Source: Zancudomyces culisetae HAW-14-8
Lineage: Eukaryota > Fungi > Kickxellomycota
Length of the DNA: 64,000 nucleotides
Assembly: GCA_052426225.1 (NCBI GenBank)
Contig: JBNJNM010000008.1
Span: forward strand, 1,736,001 to 1,800,000
Reading direction: 5' to 3'
Part shown: piece by piece, positions 36,598-49,351 of the stretch
How positions within the stretch are numbered: the first letter of the stretch is position 1
Layout of the letters: each line of letters begins with the position of its first letter
Made by a program: the position numbers and the translations under genes
Notes under the pieces: model-generated
Databases searched by the model: none
What the model saw: the letters and a program-made list of their open reading frames with translations, nothing else
What the model was told of the DNA's origin: nothing

Positions 36598-39406
36598 CCA
36601 GCATCATTTGCCTATACTACAATCGAAAGACACTTTCAAATAGTTTTTCTGACTGTTTGATTGGTTTATTGCATTAGAACTTTGGCTTTAATTATATTAT
36701 TTTTTATTAAATTATTATGACAGGATCTTTTTAACATTAATGCTTAATTAAACTCAATCCGCACAATATACTAGCCTTAACACATCATGACATAGATTGC
36801 ATTATACTTATACCTGTATTTGACGCACTGTGATTGCATATTCAAGATCTGAGCCAGTAAATGACGCCGCAATGTGCAAATATGTTTACTCTAAGGAAAA
36901 TATCGTGTCAGTAATGGATACCTTTTCCCTACTTTTGCTAAATCCTATCAAGGTATTTGCAGTTATAAAAAAGCAAAGATCCATGCATTTAGACCACAAC
37001 AAAAACCAAATGACAGGTTTAGGCAGGCCTTTACTGGCTCGTTTTTTTTTGTGCGAAAAGTGTAATTTTATCAGTTAATTGATCAGTATGTTATATGTGT
37101 TTGAACTGAATGGCAAAATAATTTTCACTTTATAGCAAACTATGGGTTAATACTAGTCCAGTTCAGATCGGTTTAGGTGTAGAGTTCGCAGTATTAGGAA
37201 TAAGTGTAAGAAAGTAGTAAAGAAAGATTATATGGGTTGCCCTATTGGTCATTTTTATCACTTTAAGGCAGACATATACTCATAACACTTGTGAATGGTA
37301 AATCGTACTTTAGCTTTTTGAGAATGTTCTGTTAATATGTTGTCAAACAGGAACGCAGAGTGCGCTAATAGTAAAAACTGTTTACTGATCTAAATTAGAC
37401 AAAGAAAAGCTTTGGTTACAAGAGGTGAAGTGCAACAAATCACTTAAACATTTATTGGACCGAGATAACGATCACTCAGCCGGGGGGCTAATGGTATTAT
37501 AAGAAAAAGTAGGCAAGTGCAATAAATGTGTCATATAAGGGCATCTACCCTGTATTTTGCTTTAAAAACAGAGTTATCATGTAACTTGTTTTAACGTTTC
37601 TAGTATTTGCTTTACTGTTTTTTTTTTACTTTCCCAAAAAAAATATATCATGTTGATTTGTGACTAGTGGTTTTATTATTATACTAGGATTTAGTATTAA
37701 CCTGTATTTTATGTAATTAGCGTAATAAACCAGAGGTCAGCGGTTGTTAAAAATGGCTAATAAGCAGGAAATCCAGCGGCGATTAAATAAGGCAGGCCTG
37801 TTTTATTTATTTAGTGTTTGATAGTGATCAGTAGTAGACCAATAAACATATATCAAGTTTTTATTATAATTAGGCCAAAAAATATCAGTGTTTAGCGCAT
37901 CCAATAGTAATGAAATATGACTCTAGAAATGAAGGAGAATTGCAAAACGTATTTTTCGAATGGTTGGGGGGAGGGGCACATTACCAATAACCATGGTTAT
38001 CTAGCCCTAGATAAACAAAGAAAATAGACAAGCACTTCATAATGACGATCATTTTCCGTTATTCAAAATACTAAAATAAAATTGCATTGTTTGTGTTTAT
38101 GGCGAATAGAAACCAGAGCAGAAATGAAAAAAGATCATCAATTGCAGGAAAGTAGTAAAAAAAGTTTTTATTGGGAAGTGCCAAGTGTTTGAGAGGAATA
38201 CTGAAACGGTTTTTGGATGAGAGAAGCTGCCAAAGATATCACACATGCTAGTTTTAGCAATCTACAAATTTCAGGGGGCGGAAGGGAAGGGGAGGAAGAG
38301 GCATATGAAAGAGTAGATGATAATGCAACTATAAAAATTGAAATGCAGGAAGAAAAGGCACAAACAGTTTGTAAATATCTCCCTTTTTTGCATTCTTTTT
38401 TTATTATGCAAGATCATTTTTGAAGTTGCACTATTCTGGCCAAGTAGTATCTGCATAAAAATTAATAGAGGGGGAGTATTGATGCGTCAAATAGACGAGT
38501 TTTACGTTTACTGCGAGTTTTTAATATAGCAGGTTGTTGAAAAAAAAATTGAAGGCACGGAGGGGGGAAGTCTTTCTCCACTCTCCCCTCATCTCTCTAC
38601 TCTTCAAAAATGTGAGAGCAAGTGATGAAATAGTATAAAACTAAAACACAAGTAAAAAAAAAGAAAAGAATTGCGAGCAAATTTAAAACTCCCCAGGATT
38701 TGTAAGGAAATTAGAAATTCTGATTCAAATATGCGCAATTGCTTTCCATGCAGAATTATTAAATGTAAATAAACAAACTTTAAATGTCCCGAAATAGAAA
38801 AATTCATTGACTAAAAAAGGTGCTGGTAATTTGACAAAGCAAAGGCAATATTTAAACAAATTAAATATAGAATAGTCCTATTTTTTGATTTACGGCTATA
38901 TTCTAGTAAAAAAAATAATATTTTAAGGGTAACACACTTACACTTTCAAAAAGTGCAACAGCTCTGAAATTTCTCGACCCGAAGAAACATAAACTTGGAG
39001 TATTTACCATTATAAGATTACATTTTCATATCTATTTTCCTAATATATGTTATACCGGTCTAATTAGGGTAGTATACACTAAAATTTACAGGGTTAAAAC
39101 AACAAGAAAAGAACAAAAAAAGAAGCAAAAAAAGCCCGAAGAGAAAAAAGGCCATTTATCCTTCCAGGCATAAAAGGTTATAAATTATAATACAATCAGT
39201 ATAAATCAAGAACAAAGGAGGGGGAGAAACAAAAAGAAAGGAAAGCTAGACTCCGGCACCAACAAAAGAAATAGGTTTCATGTGTCGCATAGTAAAAGAA
39301 ACCAACTATACAATACATGAATTCACGACAGGGAATCCCAGAGTACCCATATACTTTTTTTAAATATTAGCAGCAATAATAACATAAGAACAAGACTTAA
39401 ACATAA

Positions 39407-42400
39407 ATGGACGAAGCTAGCAATGGCAGAATGGGGGAGGCGAATGGAATTCGCGAAACAAGCTCTGCCGAGACGGGGCAAATGAGTTCCAGGAAAAACA
39501 CACCAATTGAGCCGCAGGAGACATTTTCGAGACAGAATACACCTCTAGAGCCAAATGAGGTTCAATACTTTATAAAAGATGTTGTTGGCTTTGCAGATAC
39601 TCTACAGGCTGAACAGCCTGCGCTAACGCGGGAACTGAGCCGAGCGTCTGCTAGATCATGGAGAGGAGAGGAACCTTCAACAATTATTTCATTTAGAAAA
39701 AAACCAGCTGCAAGGGTGAAGGGGGGCGAGTCATCTATGTATTCTAAAACCCTGGGTTCCCAGGGAATGACACCTGAACCAGGAGACCTTAGAGAGACAG
39801 CTTCACCAGCACCAAGTGATAAGAGGGGAGGAAAAGGAAAAGGTACTGAAAAGGGTGGCTTGGCTGGATGGGAGGAGGTTGGCCTTGCTCAAAGCGGGGC
39901 TGGAAAAAAGGCAGACAAGCCAGGACAGTCTTTTGATCTGGATAAAATACTTGACCTGATAGATAGCAATGGGATGTGGAGAAATTGTGCTGCAGTGTTT
40001 GTGTTGATATTTTCAACATATGTAAGTACCAAGCTGGGGATGGGGATATTTGGTATGATCATGATAATGTTGTTTGGTGCACAATGGTACGAAAAAACAG
40101 CCAAAAGGTTTAGGAACAGGTTTAGGGATGACGTGAAGAGGAGTATGGAGAGAGACCGCCTGGTATTGGGAGGAGAGAGCGCAGGTTGGATGAACGAGTT
40201 TATGCAGCGGTTTTGGATTATGTACGAACCGGTGCTTGCAGCACAGGTGATCGAGATAGCAGATGAGGAAATGGCCAAACAAACACCAGGGTTTTTGGAC
40301 TCGTTGAAGCTTTCAACTTTTACGTTGGGGACAAAGGCACCAAGAATAGAAAGTATTCATACATATAGTAATGTGGAGGATAGAGACCTGATAGTCATGG
40401 ATTGGGAGACATCGTTTATGCCAAACGATCTTAGCGATTTGCCCAATGTACTTTTGAGGGATAGAGTGAACCCTAAAGTGGTACTTTCAGTAAAGGTAGG
40501 AAAGGGAATAGTTGGAGCAGCATTTCCTATTCTTGTAGAGGATATGGTATTTAAAGGAAAGCTACAGATTAGATTGAGACTCACCAAACAATTTCCACAC
40601 GTAAAAACAGCGGAGGTTAGTTTTATAGAAAAACCAACATTCGACTTTGTGTTAAAACCAGTAGGAGGAAATACTTTTGGGTTTGATGTTGCACATATTC
40701 CTGGATTACAGCAGTTTATGATGGATATGGTGCATAGTAATATGGCACCAATGCTCTACGCACCAAACTATTTTACAGTTGATGTGGAACAAATAGTGAC
40801 AGGCAAGGTGGCGCAAGTAAAAGGAGCAGCCGGTGTAGTAGTAGTTTTGGTACACAATGCAAGAAATCTACCCAAGTTGGATGCCTTTGGAAAAGTGGAT
40901 CCATATATCAAGATTTACGATCAGTCAAAACCAGAGATGTTTTCAAAGACCACAGTCAAGGAAGAAACGTTTACGCCAACGTGGGATGAAAGGTTTATTA
41001 TTCTTATTACAGATCCAACATCGCCGTTGGTGTTTGAAGGATGGGATTGGAATTCTGTAGGAAAGGATGAACTTATTGGGTCACATACGGTTGATATAGC
41101 ATCACTTATGGATGAGCAAGAAATGCATGTACAAACACTGGAACTAATCAAGCAAGGTAAGAATGTCGGAGAAGTAAACGTTGAAATGGCATATTTCCCA
41201 GTGTATGATAAAGCAAAGAAGAAGGAGAGGAAGAAAGAGAAGCTAGTAGCAGAGGCCAGGGCAGAAATGGAGGCTATTAGTGGAGATGGAATGGAAATCA
41301 AGGTAGAAGGGGGAGAAGTAGGAAAATCCAAGAAGGAGGAAGAAGAAGAAGAGGAGGAGGAGGAGGAAGAAGAGGCTGATATTCAACTTGAAACCAATAC
41401 AGGGTTGCTACAGTTATACATTAGAGCAGCCAGAGATCTAGCTACGGAGAAAAAATCAGCTAGAAAGATGAATGTGTCAGCTAGAGCATACGTTAATGGG
41501 AAAGTAGAGATTAGTTGTCCAGAGGTTAAGAAAACGGATGCGCCAGTATGGGAGATTGGAAAAGAGATTTTTATTATGGACAAGTCAGCATCAAATGTCT
41601 CGATTATATTGATAAATGGGAACGAAAGAGTTGGAATAGTTAATTTCAATTTATCAGATATGCTACTAAAAAGAAGTGAAGAAGTGGGACCGGCAGGTAA
41701 AGCTAGCGACTGGGTAAATATTGAGGGACATCCTAAGGGACAGCTTAGAATCGAAACGCTCTGGAGACCGATTTTGATAAATCCCGATATTGCCATAACA
41801 CTGGGAAGTGTCCGAAAGTCAGTGTTACCACCAATAGGAGTACTGAAGTTGGCAATCCGTGAAGCAAAGGAACTGAAGGTAGGAGACCTATCGACATGTA
41901 AGCCGTACATTGATGTGTTGTTGCTAAATAAAGTAAAAGGACAAACATCATGGACACATGGTACATCTCACCCTGTGTGGAATGAAACTATGTTCATTCC
42001 AATTACCAGTTTGAGACAGACATTAATATTGGCATGTCTTAATCATAACCAGGGTGGCAATGGTAAGCCAATAGGAGACGTTATTATTCCTGTACGCAAG
42101 CTTATAGGAGACGAAACTCAGTTAGAGGATGGTAGTGTGGGATACACAAGAGTTGAGTCGGTGGATACCTGGGCTGAAATAAGAAGCAGAGTGGGTAAAG
42201 TCAAGGGTTCACTGTTGTATCGGGCGACGTTTTATCCTGTGATTAACTTTGATGCAGATATTGATAGTGGAAAATATGATACAATTGAATTTGGAGGTAA
42301 GCCAAAGGATTCGAGGCAATTAAGTGTAGACCCAACTCAGGCACAGCAGGCAGATGCCACCTCGGTAAAATCTTCGCCGCCTAACACCCCTCCAATGCTG

Positions 42401-44833
42401 ATACCAGCTGTCACTTCTATTGGTACAGGCACTGTATCACCACAGCCAGCGAGTCCTGGGACGTTTTCAAGAAGTCCTACTACAGCCAGTGGATTTAGTG
42501 CTTCTGGAGGAACATCATCATCACTTATGCAGCGATCTGCAACCAATGATGCGTCTCCTCCATCAGCGCAGGAATTTGATAATTTGGGGCTTAAGGACCT
42601 TTCAAAGTTCCCATTGCTTCCAAAGCTCAAATATACCCGATTCAAGGCTGGTGTTCTGACTATTGCAGTTCTTGGTGTACGCAATCTTCCAGTGCCAAAA
42701 TCAGGAGTGTTTGTTGAAACATCAATCAACAAGGATAAGGAGCTTTTGATAGGAAAAACAGCTTTCTCGAGAACAAGGAATCAAGCCCACTCGTGGCAGG
42801 ATGAGTTATACCAGTGTGTAATTCCAGAGCCCAAGCTCAACATACTGCAATTTGAAGTTAAAGAAGTATCAGCAGGTAGACCTACACCTTCAACTATAGG
42901 CAAATTTGATAGTGTGTTTTATGTGTATTTGAAGAGTGGATATGTAAACACAGAGGAACCAGTGTGGATTCCACTGCAAAACCAAACCGGTGAAGTGTTG
43001 GTTTTGTTGCGATACGATCCTGTTGAGAACTTGATGTTATCACAAGAAGAGAGTATTGCAAATAACGGAATTCTTAGATTCAATCTGATATCAGGAACAA
43101 ATCTTCCAGGTTTGGATAGTAACGGACTTTCTGATCCATATGTCGTTTTGAATGTAAATGGAAACGAGCTGTGGAAGAGCGAAGTGAAGAAAGATACGGT
43201 CAATCCGTACTGGAATGAGTCTGCTATGATTACTGTTCGGAACAGATCATACATGACAATGACATTGGATGTGTTTGATTGGAACAAAATCCAAGCCGAT
43301 AAGCGGATAGGTTCGTTTGGCATCCCGTTAGGCGATTTGCCCATCAACCAATCCTTTGAGAATAGTTACCATCTTGATGGGTTGGGAGACTCGCCAGATT
43401 CACCATCCATCAAAATCCGGTTTTTGTTTGTCCCCTGTAAGATTTGTCAGTCCTACGAAGGAACAAATGGTATTCTTTCTGTCGCACAAACAGTAGCAGG
43501 TGCGCCTATAACAATTGTTCGTGGAGGAACCAGAATTGCTGGTGCGCTTTTCGGAGGTGGTGCTAAGGCAGTAGGTTCTGGAGCACTCAAGGTCGGCGGG
43601 GGTGGCGTTAAAGCTGTGGGGACAGGAGCCAAATTTATTGGTGATAGTAGTGCAAAAATGGTGGGTTCTAGCGCAAAGGCCATGACTTCAGGTGCCGCTA
43701 AGGTTGGCGAAGGTGGTGTTAAAGTTATGGGAAGTGGTGCTAAAGCTATGGGAAGTGGTGCCAAAGCAGTTGGTGCCGGTGGTGTTAAGGCTGTCGGAAC
43801 CAGTGCCAAATTTATTGGAGGCGGTGCTTCTAAAATCGGTGGTGTCTTTGGAATCAAAAAAAATAAAGAAAAAGATCGCCGCGAGTCTGTTAGAAGTATA
43901 GAAAATGGGATGCTTGATTCAGACTCTCCTACTCCCGATCCTGATAATCCCTTCAACACTACCTCGTCTCAACCTGGTCTAAATGGAACCGATCAAGATA
44001 CTATTGTTTCTCCTTCCTCAGCTCACGACCGCAAGGCTTCTTTACTCATCAAAAACTTTTCTTCTGGTGAAAGATTTGCTTTTTCTGGCGATGTAACTGT
44101 TGCCATTATGTCAGCAAAATCTCCATTTGATACAAAACCCAAAACTCTCTTGGTATATGCTGAAGTTGACGGCAAGCAGTACCACCGAACAAAGGCAGAG
44201 AAGAAAACCGCCTCTCCCGTATGGAACGAAAGCTTCAGTGTTCCCATACAAAATGGCTCCAAGCCTCAGCTTGTCATTTCTTTGAAAGAATACTCTCGCT
44301 TTGGTGATAACAAGACACTAATGAAGTCACGCGTCGATATCTTTGACCTGTTGAAGTCGAACTATGCTGCTTCTTTTGCTGGCACCATGGCTAATGACGA
44401 TAGCCATATATACACCTTTTTGGCAACTCCAACCATTGTTACCGCTTCAAAAGACCACTCCGTTGTATATTCACCTGAAAGCATGAGTCCTCACGCTTCA
44501 GCTGAAGATCAATCTATGACTAACGATTCCTACAGTGTCATGGTTTCACTTAAGTTCAAACTTTCGGGCACCCATGAACCATCCCTTCAATCGGCTAATA
44601 GCCTTTCTGGCATGAACTCGCCCGATAAACATACATTTGGTTCTCAATCCAAGACTCACTACGCAACACACCACGAAAACTCGAGCGGCAGTGGTATTTA
44701 TTCTGAGGATCCCTCCAGCCCTGGTGGTGTTTCACAAGACCGGAAATCATCTGCCCCAAGTGTACTTTCCACCAAATCTACTAGTAGACACTCGGTGGCT
44801 GGCAGTATTTCCAAACTATTTCACAAGAAATAA
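39407..44833 (+). CDS. TCB: Tricalbin / extended synaptotagmin (TM hairpin, SMP domain, ~6 C2 domains), 1808 aa
   Basis: Hydrophobic hairpin near aa 195-228; SMP motifs ESAGWMNEFMQRFWIMYEP, FTLGTKAPRI, KPVGGNTFGFDVAHIPGL; C2 starts GVVVVLVHNARNL, GLLQLYIRAARDL, GVLKLAIREAKEL, GVLTIAVLGVRNL, GILRFNLISGTNL..DSNGLSDPY, GDVTVAIMSAK. Confidence 0.93.
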   Translation: MDEASNGRMGEANGIRETSSAETGQMSSRKNTPIEPQETFSRQNTPLEPNEVQYFIKDVVGFADTLQAEQPALTRELSRASARSWRGEEPSTIISFRKKPAARVKGGESSMYSKTLGSQGMTPEPGDLRETASPAPSDKRGGKGKGTEKGGLAGWEEVGLAQSGAGKKADKPGQSFDLDKILDLIDSNGMWRNCAAVFVLIFSTYVSTKLGMGIFGMIMIMLFGAQWYEKTAKRFRNRFRDDVKRSMERDRLVLGGESAGWMNEFMQRFWIMYEPVLAAQVIEIADEEMAKQTPGFLDSLKLSTFTLGTKAPRIESIHTYSNVEDRDLIVMDWETSFMPNDLSDLPNVLLRDRVNPKVVLSVKVGKGIVGAAFPILVEDMVFKGKLQIRLRLTKQFPHVKTAEVSFIEKPTFDFVLKPVGGNTFGFDVAHIPGLQQFMMDMVHSNMAPMLYAPNYFTVDVEQIVTGKVAQVKGAAGVVVVLVHNARNLPKLDAFGKVDPYIKIYDQSKPEMFSKTTVKEETFTPTWDERFIILITDPTSPLVFEGWDWNSVGKDELIGSHTVDIASLMDEQEMHVQTLELIKQGKNVGEVNVEMAYFPVYDKAKKKERKKEKLVAEARAEMEAISGDGMEIKVEGGEVGKSKKEEEEEEEEEEEEEADIQLETNTGLLQLYIRAARDLATEKKSARKMNVSARAYVNGKVEISCPEVKKTDAPVWEIGKEIFIMDKSASNVSIILINGNERVGIVNFNLSDMLLKRSEEVGPAGKASDWVNIEGHPKGQLRIETLWRPILINPDIAITLGSVRKSVLPPIGVLKLAIREAKELKVGDLSTCKPYIDVLLLNKVKGQTSWTHGTSHPVWNETMFIPITSLRQTLILACLNHNQGGNGKPIGDVIIPVRKLIGDETQLEDGSVGYTRVESVDTWAEIRSRVGKVKGSLLYRATFYPVINFDADIDSGKYDTIEFGGKPKDSRQLSVDPTQAQQADATSVKSSPPNTPPMLIPAVTSIGTGTVSPQPASPGTFSRSPTTASGFSASGGTSSSLMQRSATNDASPPSAQEFDNLGLKDLSKFPLLPKLKYTRFKAGVLTIAVLGVRNLPVPKSGVFVETSINKDKELLIGKTAFSRTRNQAHSWQDELYQCVIPEPKLNILQFEVKEVSAGRPTPSTIGKFDSVFYVYLKSGYVNTEEPVWIPLQNQTGEVLVLLRYDPVENLMLSQEESIANNGILRFNLISGTNLPGLDSNGLSDPYVVLNVNGNELWKSEVKKDTVNPYWNESAMITVRNRSYMTMTLDVFDWNKIQADKRIGSFGIPLGDLPINQSFENSYHLDGLGDSPDSPSIKIRFLFVPCKICQSYEGTNGILSVAQTVAGAPITIVRGGTRIAGALFGGGAKAVGSGALKVGGGGVKAVGTGAKFIGDSSAKMVGSSAKAMTSGAAKVGEGGVKVMGSGAKAMGSGAKAVGAGGVKAVGTSAKFIGGGASKIGGVFGIKKNKEKDRRESVRSIENGMLDSDSPTPDPDNPFNTTSSQPGLNGTDQDTIVSPSSAHDRKASLLIKNFSSGERFAFSGDVTVAIMSAKSPFDTKPKTLLVYAEVDGKQYHRTKAEKKTASPVWNESFSVPIQNGSKPQLVISLKEYSRFGDNKTLMKSRVDIFDLLKSNYAASFAGTMANDDSHIYTFLATPTIVTASKDHSVVYSPESMSPHASAEDQSMTNDSYSVMVSLKFKLSGTHEPSLQSANSLSGMNSPDKHTFGSQSKTHYATHHENSSGSGIYSEDPSSPGGVSQDRKSSAPSVLSTKSTSRHSVAGSISKLFHKK

Positions 44834-47800
44834 TAATTTATTTTAATGAAATACTCCAGCAACCCTTATTATCTCTATCTTCATACCTATCTCTTTCTTT
44901 CCCCCCCCCCATTTATTATTAAACCTATTGACCACATGTGGTCTGGACATTTTATATCCTTTATTTTATTTTTTTTCCTTTAATGTTTGCAGTTTACACG
45001 TCAGAATGTAACAAGGTTGACTGGTAAATGAGTGGAAAGTGTGGGCGTAGTTGATTGGTTTTTTTTTGATCAGGCTGGAATCGCGATGTGTTGTGGAGTC
45101 TTGCAAATTTCAAACCAGAAAAAAAGTATATACCCGCCTCAAGCCAGCTACACTCCGAGTGTGATGATTCTAGACAACATCCGGCGGGTTTAAAATCCCT
45201 AGAGAGGTGGAGGGAGTAATTGGCTAGTTAATCGTTACATAGGAACTTTCTTTTTTTTTAGTTTTACTTGATGTTTAATAAATTCGTCGTGAAAAAAAAA
45301 TAGTCCGGAAAGTATGGACGAAATAGATACCAGTTTAGAATTGCATACATTTTATTCGTTTCACTTTTTCTATCCTTTTTGGGTGTATATCATTCACCTA
45401 GCACAAAGGTAAAATATTTTACTTTAAAGAATAAATCCTCTATATTTCCGTTTAGATTCTCAAAACACCAAAAATAAATTACCGGCGTTATGAAACGTTT
45501 TTGAAATCTGAGAATATCTTTTAGACCTTATAACAGATGTTAACAGGTGACATTGTGATCACAATTTATACTGTGTATTGGCAAACTATTTGGTACTAAC
45601 ATCGATAAATCAATTACATAAAACTCACGGAACTTTTATGAGTTGGTTGTTATTTTCACTGTTATCGATTATTTAGTATTGGAACTAAAAAAAAAAAGAA
45701 AATAACTGAACCAAAACTTGCAGTGAAAAAACAATTTCTTCCTCCCCTCTCCTCGCCGACTCTTAGCACAAAGTAAACGAAAATGGTAATGAGCAATCAA
45801 ATGAAAACTAAAGAAGCCATCTTTGTATAGTAACAAGGGTAACACTAAAAAAAAATAAAAATAAAAACAAGAATAAAAAGAAATTAGATTCCGTCACATC
45901 CCCAATTTCTTTTAAAAGTGATAAGTGAAGTATATATTTGGAGATTAGTTACCTAAACTTGTAACGCAAAAATAGCAAATAATCCGAGTCATCTAATATA
46001 TGACCTGCACTAATAACGAGTCGGAAATTTTTTTGATTGAATTAGTACAAGATTCTCATCGATTTTGTTTTAACTCCAACATCTCTAATTTAGGAAAAAT
46101 TAAAAAGTTGGAATATTTTGAGACATGGAATTTTCGAATTTTAAAATACCAGGTTCTCCACCTCAATCTCCTTCCTTACGTGCTTTTCCCTCTCTCCTCT
46201 ACTTTCCCCAACCTCGTCCTCTACCAAATGACTACTTTCTTTGCTTTTGCCTTTTTTAAAGTAAATAAAAAAAAAGTAATAAAATTACAAGAATTCAGTC
46301 GAAATGAATGGGGAAGGAAAAAATCAAACATCCACGACTTTTCATATTCTAGGTTTATAGCATCAGACGAAAACTACACAGTAGAACTCGTTTTGCAAGC
46401 TCTTGTACTCGAAAAATACATTATATCACCTTTTCATGCACAGTTATCACCAATCCAGCCCAACTCTTGATACGAATACAAGTATGCTTTGCCTAGGTTT
46501 ATAGTAAGATTTTGAGATGTACAAAATTTCTTTAAAGTATTTTTTTTATACCTGTAGTGCCACAATGAACACAACTCGTTTCCATGTATTACTTTCCTAC
46601 AAAAAAAAATAATATCGGGGTCGTTTCTGAACAAACCCAGTTGAATCAATCGCCTTTTTAACACTTTAAAGTTCTCCGTATTGAGATCATTCTCTTTTCT
46701 TTTTTTCAACTCTGATAATACCCGCATGAAGGGTAAAGTATATTTCTAATGATACATGCAAGTGTGATTTGAACTGGTATTGGTATTGATATTGATAATG
46801 ATATTGATATTTTCGTGTAAATATTCAAAAAGAACAGCGCTAAGAGAAAAAACAAGAAAGTTAATTCAAGACCATTTACCCATTTTTACTGATATATATC
46901 TACTTGTATTGAAACTTTTATCTTTAATTTTGCCAATTTTATAATACCCTTTTCTACAACATAAACTTGTATTACATACCCATCAATAGTTTTAGATTAA
47001 CTTGGGATTATTCCCAAAATAGTATGTAAAGTATAATATCCTACTTTAGAATACGAGCCGCTATCAGCTCCAGTATGTTTGATATTTTCATAATTATTTA
47101 ACCTATGCAATCTCCAAGAAATATATTTTTGATAAAATTAAATAAGACTACCTGCAAAAAAATACAGTTACGTCCAGTTTTGTAATAAGTGCACAAAGTA
47201 ATACAATGTGCAACTAATCCGAAAATAAATGTACGATATTTACTAGTTTCACTCGGTCTACTGGTATTACTTTATTCGGATATTCTCTTCAATTTACTGT
47301 GTATATAAACAGTATCGAAAAATAGAACAGGTTTATTTCCTGTTTTGAGCATATTAGTCTTATAAAAGGAGTAAAATTTGCATAAACACGGTCTCTACAT
47401 GAATTACTGGCGTACATGCTTGTTTATGAGTTTTGTTTGTTCACTAAATAATTACAGCTATTACGTAGTCGGTTGTTGTTTTGCTCTTGATATTCCTTCT
47501 AACTACTCAGCATTTTTGATAATCAAAAACTGGAAATGCCATCAAGCATAAATACATCATATTACTTGATGAATATAGCATTTTTCATAGACATTTCAAT
47601 ATTTAATTGATACTTTAGTAAGATAATTGTTGAAAATTTAGCAGATACGTGTACAATAATTTAGAAAGCCTCAAACAGCAACAATAACTTGTACCCAGGT
47701 ATCTTTACAAAATGGCTACACAGTATTGTAATTTTTCTGTATAAAATGAATGCTGGTGTTTATAATTTCCATTGCTATCGCCACTCGGTTAATAATGTTA

Positions 47801-49351
47801 CAATGTTTATTTTAGACCAAATACTCTACCCATACTCTATGACTAGGCTCCAATTATAGTTATTTTAATTTCTGTCAACTCGTTCATGCAATTATAGAGT
47901 AGAGTGTAGTATCATGAACAAGAGGTTCATGCTTTTCTTTAAAAATAAGGGTGTGTGAGTTACAGAATGAGATTTTTAATATAAAAAAACGTTGCTTTTA
48001 ATGTAAACAAAATGAAAAAAGAAAACTGTACAATGTCCACAACTTTGTGGATTTACCTTATTTTGATTCAATATGAGCAACTAAACACAATAAAAAATAA
48101 TTGCGGATTCTTTTGTCTAAGAATTACTCCGCACTTTTTACAAAGACTTGATTTGGAAAGAAATGCCACACGGAAAAGAAGGGTCAAATTCAAACTCTCT
48201 AAATAATATCATCATACTTGACGGATACATATACTGGTTTAAGAAGGGGGTGAGAGGGAATTCATATTTCAAGTTTAGTTTATAAAAGGGAGAGGTGTGG
48301 AGTATAAATAAATAGGTTTCTGATTATTCTGTTGGTATAGGCAAATAAGAGCGCACTAGGTAGTAGGTGAAACTTGTACCTAAAAAATATTTATATGATT
48401 ATTCTTCTATATTTGGTTATGTGAATAAATAAACGGCGTTACCTAAACTTTTTTTCAAATACCCGCGAGTAAACATGGCATCATAAATGTTGTATCTGAT
48501 CATTGAGCTTATTATCGGAAACTGGTGTCAACGAGTTTGGTCGATCTATGGGATCTAAAAACAAAAGCAAAAGCAAACGTTGTTCTATTTTTTTTTTTCA
48601 TTGTGTGACACAAAAGCTATTTTTACATTAAAAAAGATAAATTAAATGAAACTGGATTATCTAGGTCAAGTTCCAAGCGCAAAGGAAATTAATGCTATTT
48701 AGCTCTAAAACTACCCGCACAGTGTTGAGCACATAAATTTAATGTGGAGTGCTTTCAGATTGTGATTTGCAAATCGCTTATCTAATATTAGCATTCTTTA
48801 CAAATCTTGATATTGTTCCCAATCCAAAAATTACCAACACAAGATGGAAAACAAGTGAATAAATCACTACCAGCTTTGTGAATGACTGCCATGCTGACAT
48901 GTGTACTTTTTTTTGTTGTGAAATCATGGACATGGGATTTTCCTTCAATGTTGGTATGTTACGAACATAGGTAGATTATGTAACAAATGCCTATCAAAAC
49001 CACCGTGTATTTTTATGAAGGATCTATTTGTCAACTAGTACACATTTCCGAGTGAAAATTTTTTTAACATGTTAGATTAATTGAGGCATGAACACAGATC
49101 TAGAACACGACCATATACACATATAAAAATACCAATTTGAAACGTTCTCGATAAATTCGCCGCTATAAAAGCTTGAATTCAGAATAATACCGAGAAGGGT
49201 TTTTTTCAAAAAAAAGAGAGTCTTCAAGTAAATACTCCATATCTAATATTTCGGCATTTTACCTCCTAAACTCGGCAACATTAGGATATTCTAGCAAGCT
49301 TAAATAATAAATTGTGAAACCAGAGTTATAGTTATACTGATAGTAAATCCG

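Noticed and set aside
46375-46727. ORF ending ...GDNCA-TGA-KGDIMYF..., considered as a CxU selenoprotein because some early-diverging fungi use selenocysteine
   Set aside because: No resemblance to a selenoprotein family I know. The downstream TGAT...AAA...TGAA segment is too short for a SECIS helix II.
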